This document shows, in pieces, positions 20,564 through 31,200 of a stretch of DNA of 64,000 nt. Source of the stretch: Tubulanus polymorphus (taxonomy: Eukaryota; Animalia; Nemertea); contig NC_134026.1 of NCBI RefSeq assembly GCF_964204645.1, positions 24,214,150 through 24,278,149 of the forward strand, given 5' to 3'. A program made the position numbers and the translations under genes. The stretch's first letter is position 1, and each line of letters begins with the position of its first letter. The notes beneath the pieces are model-generated. The model made no database searches, was not told the origin of the DNA, and was given only the letters and a program-made list of their open reading frames with translations.

Positions 20564-20620
20564 CTTGCTCCACAATACATCCAATTATCCGCGTTTTAGT
20601 CGTACCTGGACTTCTTCGTA

Positions 20621-23600
20621 ATGGCTGAGTGCGATATTTTCGGTGATGCCTCTTTATTTGGGGAATTTGAACGCGAAAGAACTGCCAATGGCTCTCCGGC
20701 TTACGACCAACCCCAAGAAAGCAATCCACTTGAGCGAAATGAATCAATATCTGACCCCAGCAAACCTCCCCCAGAATTTTTTATCGGGTGTTCAGATGAT
20801 TCGGAACCCGAGAATTCCGCCGCCGGCGGGACTTGTCTGGAGGAAAAGCCTACAGGTTCTGAAAATGAGAAAGAAAAGGATGCTTTGAAATCCGAAATAA
20901 TATCGTTGAAGCAAAAGATATCGGTTTTAGAATCACAAAATATCCTTTTAAATTTCCGTGCAGTGTTAAATTTTGATTATTGTTGCTGTTAGTAAAAACA
21001 AAAGCAGGTTGAAGACCCAAAATAAACAATTGTTTTGAGGTATCTTTCTCAAGTCAGTATTCAGAATTATCCTTAACCATGTTTACAGCTACGAATGATG
21101 AAAATAGCTAGACTTACAGAAGTTCCGGCGTTAGTATTAAGTGTCCCTAGAAATGTCATTTTTCAATTCACATCTTAGGGTCTACTTCTTAGGACTAATA
21201 ATTTCAACTATTTTGATTTTAATTTTTTTCAGGAATTTAGTTTTAACCGAAGAGTGTCCTGCATTTACTGTAAATTTTTTAAATAACCGACTGGCGAGGT
21301 TTGTTTTGCCAAAATCTTTTTTTGGGAAATTTGGTTTTTAAATTGACTGATTGAAATGACACGTTTACTCGCTTTCCCTTTACAGGAAATACAAAGCCAA
21401 AATTGAGAACTTCATCAGCCATTTGATATCTGAAGATGATGACGCTGAGAAAATGCCTTCTTTAAATATTCGAGTATGTTTGTACTAAGCGCAGGCTTAG
21501 GCTAAAAATGAATTAGGCCTATACCTTGTTTCTCCTAATCGGCCGGGTCATTTGGTAAACCGCAAGGAAATTTGTAATCTCATTGCTATTACTGTGGGGG
21601 TATTACTGTGTTGTTGTTAGCTTGATAATGAAAAAAGTGTACATGGTAGATAGGTGGCCAGCCGGGTAAACTTTTTTTAAGCTCGGCAGAAAGTAGAAAC
21701 AAGGTATAAATCTTTTAGCCTTGGTTTGGCCTCCCAATAGGCAGCACTTTGCATAACTAATAAAATGTTATAAGATTGTCTTTCTATTTCTAGTCTCATT
21801 ACCTGTGTTTAGCTGATGATTCATCTTTAGAAAAGATTGATAAAGATAAGGTTGATGAATTGAAAGAATCTTATACTGTAAGTTCTATATGGAATATTAT
21901 GACTATTTTCATGAAGCCCGGTCCCTGAAATCTATATGTTTGTATGTTTTTCAGGCTATCAGTAGTTGTCAATATTATCAAATGTTTATCGCGGATAGTC
22001 TTGGTTGGCCTTTAGTCGGTGGTAATCCTTCATTGACCGATAGCTGGGAAATTCCTTCGTATCCTTATATCAAAATATGAAGGCTAAAAATGATTGGTAC
22101 CTTATTTCTCATTTCTGCTAAGCTTAAAAGTTAAATAACAGGCCCTGAAGTTATAGAAATGAGCTGATTAAAAGTTTTATTGCAGTTTATTTATGTGACC
22201 ACGCCGAATATGAGAAAAAGGTATCAATTTCTTTTCGGCCTTATAATTTTGTTTTCTCATCAATCGACGTTCAATGATGTTTATATGTTCATGAGTGATT
22301 TTTCCTGATGTTTCTGTAGCTATGAACAGATCTATTTAAAATCACTACCGTATAACAAAGAGGAGGATGAAGAAGAAACAAGACCACAAAAAAGAAGGTA
22401 CTTCCATTTTTTTCTGCTTATCCGGACAAGATTTGGCCCCAATTGAAGTTTAGCTCTAGACAAATTGGAATTTGTTTTCGCTGATAAATGAATTACTCGC
22501 TTACTTCAGTTGAAACCTTACACACACTTCAGTTCTTTCTATTCAATTCAGGGATAAAGGTCCATCTTGTTTCAACTGTGGAGGTTGTCACACGATGAGA
22601 GAATGCACAGAGAAGAAAGACCCAGCAAGAATACAACAGAATCGACAAGAATTCATGGATAAATTCTCCCCTGCTACTATAAGTGGTCGTAGTGGCCGGG
22701 ATCCGAGGTTTGTACAGTAATGTTTGTACCAATGAATTTAAGTTTTTAATGATTTCTATTATTCAATATTGATACTTTTCAGATATCATGGTACAGATCC
22801 TAGGTTTAACAAATTCAAGCCTGGCGTGATTAGGTAATGATTAAGATTGCTGGGTGCTGAGGAGAATTTCAGGAAAATATGATTAACAACTGTATTACCG
22901 TAAATCTTATTTTCAGCGATGATCTAAGGAAAGCTCTGTGTTTAAGAGAAGATGAACTGCCTCCGTATATCTATCAGATGCGTGTTTATGGTTATCCACC
23001 CGGGCATCTACAAGCTGCTGAGATTTCACATTCCAGTTTCACTATGTTTGATAAGCATGGCAGAGGTAAAATTTGTTCATTTGTCTTAAAAACTAAATAT
23101 ATTATCGTTGCATTGCAGTACAAATATTTTACGGTTGAGTATGCCGCCATTAATGCCACACCAACAGAAACACATGTTACGAGAGATGATGGGTGAATCT
23201 ATGTTTAAGACTATCTAAAGCAATTTATTTTATTTATTATTAGAAACAAATAAAGAAGGTGAAGCTTTAGAGGATGGAGAGGTTGATTCTGATCGATATG
23301 GAGATTGTAAGTAGATTTCAGTTTATTTAGATGTGTATTGCATTTTCACATGCAACGCATTCTATGGATTGCTTGTTATTTCAGTGGCATTCGATTTGAA
23401 TGCAATTATTGAATATCCTGGTTTTAACACAACAGTTCCTGATGGGTTTGTTGATGTAAGTTGATTACTGGTGTAATACGTTCGAATATTATCTTACACT
23501 TTGTTTTATGAAACTTAATTTACGAATATTGACATATCATGACTTGTGTTGATTTTAGGACTCCAGTCGGTTGAGTATGCCGCCATTAATGCCACACCAA

Positions 23601-24353
23601 CAGAAACACATGTTACGAGAGATGATGGGTGAATCTATGTTTAAGACTATCGATAAACCATCGCGGAAACGGAAAGCTAGTGTTCTGTTAGACAGAGATG
23701 AACAAGACATGGACTTAGAAGATGATTCAGGTAATTTAATTGTTGATATAAAAGATTATCAGCATTTCAATGAGATCGATAGTGATTTCCCGCTATGCTG
23801 CCCTACAACTAGTGCACTACTTTCAGGTGATCCTCAAGACACGGAGGCAAAGAAACCAGTTCACACACAAATCAGTCGAATTATCGATTCATCCAGCGCT
23901 TCATCGTCGCCTGGTTCAACACCAAAGAGGGCCCAATCATTTTCTCTCGACGAACTCGAACAACAAAAACTACAACTTTTGTCACAACTCGCTAACGAAG
24001 AAGTCAGTGCAGCCGAAACAGACCCATCTATCGATGAAGATGGTGTGGTCTCCGCGCCATCGGGAGCATCGACGCCAACTCGAATGAAATCTCAAGATCA
24101 GCACTTATTTTCACCTTTTGAAACACCTACTGCAATGACTTTGTCGCGTAGTGAGTCAATCGGATTAGAACTAGGAACACCAGTTATTGAGGAATGCAAT
24201 CAAACTATCAAACTTCCTTCACCCGAAAAATGGTCAAAGGATATAACTGAACATATCCCGTATGAAAATTTACCCGAGGCAACAGGAATGTATCAGAAAA
24301 TGAGAGGTGTTATTAGAAATGTGCGTAAACAAACAAAGCCAGATAAATCATGA
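20621..24353 (+). CDS. ZCCHC8: Zinc finger CCHC domain-containing protein 8 (NEXT complex scaffold)
   Basis: LFGEFERER N-terminus, DSWEIPSYEQIY, zinc knuckle CFNCGGCHTMREC, PSP domain FKPGVISDDLRKALCLREDELPPYIYQMRVYGYPPG, IIEYPGFN, and C-terminal HIPYENLPEATGMYQKMRGVI. Confidence 0.94.
20940..21086 (+). other. U12-type (minor spliceosome) AT-AC intron, ZCCHC8 intron 1
   Basis: 5' splice site ATATCCTTT at 20940, branch site TCCTTAAC at 21070-21077, AC at 21085-21086. Removal keeps the frame (ESQ-K-LRMMKIARLTEVPA). Confidence 0.88.
21499..21721. mobile_element. MITE in a ZCCHC8 intron
   Basis: Perfect 14-bp inverted repeat TATACCTTGTTTCT (21520-21533) / AGAAACAAGGTATA (21695-21708), enclosed by AGGCTAAAA / TTTTAGCCT. 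Confidence 0.75.
22059..22319 (+). other. U12-type GT-AG intron in ZCCHC8
   Basis: 5' splice site GTATCCTT at 22059, degenerate branch TTTCCTGAT about 10 nt before the AG at 22318-22319. Splicing gives WEIPS-YEQIY. Confidence 0.75.
23132..23215 (+). repeat. Exact 84-bp intronic copy of ZCCHC8 coding segment 23568-23651
   Basis: CGGTTGAGTATGCCGCC...GTTTAAGACTATC is identical at both positions by direct comparison. Confidence 0.95.
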
Positions 24354-27300
24354 TTTATTGATACTTAATGAGGTGATATTTGCTTTCATTTCGTTGTTTA
24401 ATCAGCATTCTGGCTTCAAGGATATAGCTTACCCCGGTAGAAACTAATACGACAATTCTTAAAATCCTCTAGTTGGAATGACTTTTACCGGTAGTTGGAA
24501 CAACACTGATACAAGTGCATTTATAATTAATTCAAGTATGATGGGAGCTATTCTATTATTACTTCGTTTGGTTTCTTTTTCTTTGAAATGGGAATAATAC
24601 AAAAATTCATCTTGTTCAGATTCACACCAGATATTTTTGTTATGTCCATGCATTTTTTTCACACTGACTAAACAGTGTCTACACATGTATCAGATAATGC
24701 AGTTTTTAGATAACCTGCATATCAAGAAACTTCAACGGTCATGGATGACTCGTGGTGCTCACATAAATGTAATTGTATATATTTTTGTCAGTTTACGAAT
24801 AAAAACCTTTGTAATCGAATGGTCAGTTTTCCAGTGATTTAATTCTCTCAGAAATATCTTTAAAGGTCAACCTTAAGAAAATTAAGAGAAAATGGAAAGA
24901 ATTCAGAAAATGTGATATGGTTTTTGAAGAAAAGGCCAATCGTGAATGCTAGTCTGGCCTCCATGTATCGATATTCTAGGGAACAGTTCTCTATTTGATG
25001 TTGTTTCTGATAACTAATATTAAGCTCCATCTCGTGTAACAGGATAATCTGGTACATATCCATGACAAATGATCTCTATTAATTAAGAAACTACTTAAAG
25101 TTTCAAGTTATTATTTCACATTTATTTTATCTAAAATATCATGGATATATAAAACTATGAAATCATCAATACATAAATCCATACATAAGTACTACATGAT
25201 CATTATTTTAAAAACATACCTCAAGTAATTGGAACATAGAATACTCGGTATCAGCTCCAGTAATATTTTACATTCAACTGCAGAAATGGCCTAAAGAGAT
25301 GACTGCCTTACCATTGGTTAATTAAAAAATAGTAAACAACTTCTTTCAAAGCAGCACTTGAATCAACAGATATTGAAAAAAAATTCTTGATTGAATATAC
25401 GGACAAAAATACAATGAAGAAGAAGATATGGTTAACATGAGAGTACTGAGGTAGCAGACAACTTCAATCAGGAGACTAACAGTTTCAAAGCTTACAGCTT
25501 GGTCCCAAATAAAATAAGACTAAAAGGTGGGTGTTTAGAACACTAACAGGAGAAATGAGAATGAATCATCAGCATATGGCTATTGTCAATATATCTGGCA
25601 TACATATATGTACAATGCTTGCATTGAGATAAACTTTATCTTTGAGACCATCCATCTCTTAAATGCACACATTTGAAATGAAAAGTCTTCTACCTATGGT
25701 AGGACATTCTTATAGGACAAGGTTCAACATGCGAAACAGCCATTTCTCCATCAATATCCAAGTTCTAGCCTTTGAAAATAATCATCACTGTTTAAGATAA
25801 GAGGAAGAGACAACTATGGAAGTATTAAAGAATGCAAGATGAATTCATTACGTTATTGAATTCAAAAGTGGTGGCGTGTGGCACCAAACCTCAAGTTAAG
25901 TCTAGACAAGAAAAGAAACATCTTAAAACTACAGTGAGTGGATTGTTAAGACTGAATTATCATTTCAAAATATGGATAAAGAGAATATTCCGTTGTTTGC
26001 TTTGAGCTAAATTCAACGACAAAAATAGCTTTATGTGAGGTAGCATGGTATAACGCATTTTGCTATAAAATCTGGTTATGTGCTACCTAAGTTTTTGACA
26101 GACAATCTATTTGCAGCAAACCACCAATCTTTAATCTTTAATTTGAATGACTGTGGTGAAAGTGCATCCATCATTATCATTCTTTTTATCTTTATAGGAA
26201 AGAGCAAATAGGAAAGTAACTTATTTGTACATTACTTATGTAATAGTTATGCCCCAATACACTTATATATGCATCTAATGCGCAAAAGCTGTGAATACAA
26301 AAAATTCTAATCTGACATATTCAAAACAACAGTAACTTCTATGGTTCGGGAAGACTTAACAGTTAATTCTAAATTTTGTGCAGTAAAAAAGGCTATATAC
26401 TTTTCTCAGGAAATGTATGACTTGGTCATAAAAGTATAGTATAGTTTGATAAGTATCGAAATATTTTGCCAGCAAATAATAATGATAATACTAATAATAA
26501 TTTAAATACACGTCTTAATGAATTATATTACAACATCAAACAGGAAAGATTCACACATGCGAAGTCAATTACAGGTACTCAATAAAGGCTTTTCATATGT
26601 TCGATGAATAGTTTCCAGGAATGGTACAGAGATCTAATAATATGTACCAGAATGAGAAAGCAGTGTGTAGTAACCAGGAACAAACGAAAACATACAATGC
26701 ATTTCCCTTCACAGCATATCGCATGCATGAATTGTGCAGAAAAAAAAAAGAAATATCACTCAGATTCGGTATAACAGTGAAAAATCTATCTCGACAAACA
26801 AAACTGGTCCTCTAATATCACCTTTGTTTTATAATTATCAATAACATATTCTGGACCAACAAAATATTATGTACAACCTATAAAATATGCCAATACTATA
26901 ACAATAATAATCTACCACGCCTGTGTTGGCAATTCTATAGAAATACAAAATAAACAACGCACATGTATATATTACTGAAAAATAATAATAGTGCGATTTC
27001 CAGATGAAGAAAATTTACAATAACTAACAGTTTAGATTTCGCTGAAAAAATTATAGAAAGGCTATAATTGTTTGAATTTTGCTGTTTAAGATCAGGATAT
27101 ATCCCAAAAAACAACACATTAATCATTTTGTTAATCATTTTAAGTCATTAATGCCCTATTTTTAGGAAGCTTTTTTGTTAAACAGTTATATGGATAGGCT
27201 GAAATCAATCCATTCCAGATGAGCTTAAATATCATTTGTTTTCATTGAATTCTACTCGTGACGATGAACCGCAGCTATGTAGAAACGCCACCATTACCCT

Positions 27301-28257
27301 GACTCGAGTGATTCATTCTTTCATTTACTTCCTTCAACATCAACGACGTATGTACACAATTAGTGCTATCAAAATTGATCGAAAATGTTTTCCCTACTTA
27401 ATATTCTACCTAATACCAGGATACATCTATCATCATTTATAAGATGTACTACCGTATTTCTTTCTGTAAAAACCTCATTTCTGTCTAAGAAAAGGCACGT
27501 CTTTTTAAATAGTATTCAATTTTCTCAATGTATATACACTCACACTACATATGCTAATCTGTAGGGATAAATTGCGTTATAAATACATTATCTGGTGATT
27601 ATATTGTTCCCTAGTAATGTGTCTGAAGACCATTTCAAACAATGAAAATAACAGTCACCAACCAACACATGCTTCCATTACATCAATAAACATGTATTTC
27701 CACCAACAAAAAAAAACTATCTGATTTATCAAATATATCACGTATCAAATATTTCCTCCAGTTTCAAATTACTAAACATTATCTCAAAACATAGATAGTA
27801 CAAGCTGTTTAAGACTGTAACTAATTTCAAAAATACAACATCAAAATATTTACTCAAGTAGATCTTGTTTGGTAATCAGAAAATTTTTTGTAAACATGTT
27901 TAAAGACATACCGGGTTGTCATTCATACACATACGTCAACATTCACCAAGCATTGATTATGAAATGGTTCCTCGAGACAAATGCGCCATATTTTCATATT
28001 GTTAATTAGACTTCTTAATGCTGCCTTAATCACATCACCGGAACCATTCGATCTACTGAGACCACCATCGTCCTTTTCCTCTGTTTGAGACATGCGATCC
28101 ATAAGTGCTGTCTTATGGATGCAGATGCCATCTGTCATGCAACTCCTGAGATAGGTTCAGAGCTTGCTGCGGCAGCTACAGTTGGTTTATTCTTCTCATG
28201 CAGCTTTTCACATTTCATTATTAAACATAGATCCATAATTGCGCAATCCATGCACTA

Positions 28258-31200
28258 TTATTTTGTTATATCTATCACGTGTTGCAATATTTTCAATTGT
28301 CCGTATCGAACATATGCGGCATATTTTTGGCGAGAATTGAGCACATCAATGTTTTTGAGTAGTTTTTCTTCGTCACTTAAAGACCTCGGGTATAAAGTTT
28401 GACATTTCTTTGCGACCCTGGAATATAACAATGTATTGATTGTGAAGTGAGATTCAGATCAAAAAGAGCCGAGCTATAATAATAAATGGCTAATACCAAC
28501 TTACCTATGAAATATACTTTTCCAAAGTGTAGGCATTGAGGGTACAGACTCTGCAAACAACAACAACAAAAATAAAATACTGTCTAATCAATGAAAAATA
28601 ATAGTTACAACTAGAGCTGTGTCCAAGGACTTACTGTAAAGGAGTTTATCATCACAACTAGCCGTACTTTCTGCATCACTCCAACCTTCCTGTTCTCGGT
28701 GTTCTTCGAATTCGCTTCGAGTCATCGATAATACCTTATAAATAGAAAATCTACACGTTTGATACAGATCAAAGTAGTGCTGCCACCTTGCACGCAATGT
28801 AGTAAGCTTGAACTGCCTGCAGCGTGGAAGCCTTTACAACCACTCCGTACTCTATAAAACAACAATCTAATCTACATGTATTTTCATAATTCCTCTCATT
28901 GAGGATGATTCGATCAACTTTCTCATTTTGATAAGCACATAAAATGTGTTCAAATGAATATGAAATACTTCAAATGAATATCTATTGGTATATTCGTTAT
29001 ACAATAATTCTCACCTTCAAAGTATGATAAAGTTCCTCTTCAGTAAGAACGCCATCCGTACCGAAAACAAATCCGCCATCATCAGGTATCAACTCCTGAA
29101 GAATATTATTCATCAAATGAATTAAAAGTCAGATTTCCTTATCAGCAGTTCAAAATACAGTTTATATACAGTATATAAGAATATAACACATACAGTCATA
29201 CGAAACTATAGAAATGTCATACATATCGTATTCGCTCAAATATAAATTCTATCTGAATACAACATAAATATTGTGCACGACATTTTACCTAAAACTGTTT
29301 GATATCGAAGATAAGGATTTACGAAGATGTAAAAATTTAAATGCAATCTTCTTGGTCTATATTTTCACATACCAGTCCTTGAAGAAATTCCCATTTTTCA
29401 TCTAAAAGATCCATATCTTCCGAATCCTGTTTGGCAATTTCATACACTAACTTCATTGGAATGTCAACCTTAACAGAGATTTAAAGGTAATCATAAATGG
29501 TAAATATTTAGTAAGTTTTTCAGGAGATACATAAAATATACAAACTTACGGTGTCATTATGATTTTGAGGGTACTGTTCAGCAAACCCATACATATGTAA
29601 TAGCTGCCAGTTTGCAAGTGGACCATATGTATTAAACACTTCCTCGCCCTAACACACATAACATAGAATAATAAATCGAACCATCCAAGTAACGAGGATT
29701 GATAAATAAATAATAATAAATGTTTACTGGTATGATTGAATTGACAGTTATTCCACCATCAAAATGCAATAAAAGTTTAAGTACTACCCTTAGAAATTCT
29801 TTAATGTACACAAAAATGACCAATATGAAATAGTTTTATTTCCTTTTGATGATGAAATTTTTTCTTGCGATTGTATTTACCTTTAATATTGGTTTCAAAG
29901 AGACCATTTTCAACGATTCCTTCCCCCATATTAGATTTGCATTGTTCTTTGCTATATGATTTAATACATCCGCTAATGGCACCATCATAGGTAACGGTTT
30001 TACAGGTAAAGTAGAAACGTTGTCGTTGCTTATATCATTCAAAGCGTCTTCGTTTTCTGGCTCTGTAAAGCTGTACGCCATAACGAATGATACCATCTTT
30101 TTATACATATCTAGACTATGGCATTCGGACCTGAAGAATATATAAACCGATGCTACTAAATAAAACAAATTGTAATATAGTACAAATATGATTCAAGGCT
30201 AAACTTAATGAGGAAGTTAAGGTGCTTAAAAACTTAGCTCATATTTGCATTACAAATTTCAAACATGTACAGGCATATTAATGAATTTGCAACTATCACT
30301 TAAGGGTCATCGGGACCCGACATAACTGCTTCATAATATGGGGCTGTATGCAAATATTGTAGAAAGAAATGATATATAAAAATAAATCCATCAGATCGAC
30401 ATTGATTTTTGAAGAGAAACATCATATTGAATACTGAGATTGTAACCTCAGCATTAACACGCGAAAAACGACAATAATCAATGAGTAATAACAGACCAGT
30501 TCTTCAAAAATGGAAATAATGGTCGTTTTGCGATTGATACCTACGGAAAGGTTTCAGGGTGTTTTTTCATGAAAGGAAGTACGATTTTGTTGAATTCTTT
30601 TTTTATATTCTCCAGGTCTTTTTCGACTGCGTCGTGGATGCCGGTTCCTTTCAGCTCCTTGGCGCGTTCTTTTCTGGATAAATAGAAAATGACTTGGTTA
30701 GTTTTTTTTTTCGAGTGATCTACTGCATGGCTAATTTCATCCAGAAAATGGCTACAGTACAATGCCATTATCTAATGATGTGACGGTTTGCTAGCAGTCT
30801 TCTGCCAGTCTCAGTGACTAACACTATACAGTCTTCAGCTCAATGTCCGGAGAAACCAATGATTCTAACATGCTGTTGATGTTTGCGATGTTAGAAATGT
30901 TAGCAAATCTACAACTCAGATTAATCCAGTCCATTAATTTTCAGTCTCTAGGCTAACAAGTGTGGCACAAATTTTGAATTACATGTAGTCATAGCAAATG
31001 AACCAAACAGTTCAAAATCAAAATTTATTTAAAGCGCGTAATTAGGTAAGCAATACGTACCTTTCCCAGAACATCGGAGGATCAAGTTCTTTGAAGTCCG
31101 GCACCAAATCGATGTATGGTCGCCATCTTGAATGCGGCGATGTATATTCATATAATAATGACACTAACAATGGTACCCATCCACTGTTACTTTTCAATGA

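Noticed and set aside
22568-22606. ZCCHC8 knuckle with C-x2-C-x3-H-x4-C spacing
   Set aside because: It is one residue shorter than human, but from memory this spacing is common in protostome ZCCHC8, so it is not treated as novel.
28080-28145. SECIS element after SETD6
   Set aside because: There is no proper AUGA/GA quartet with an apical AA geometry, and no in-frame UGA in the gene model.
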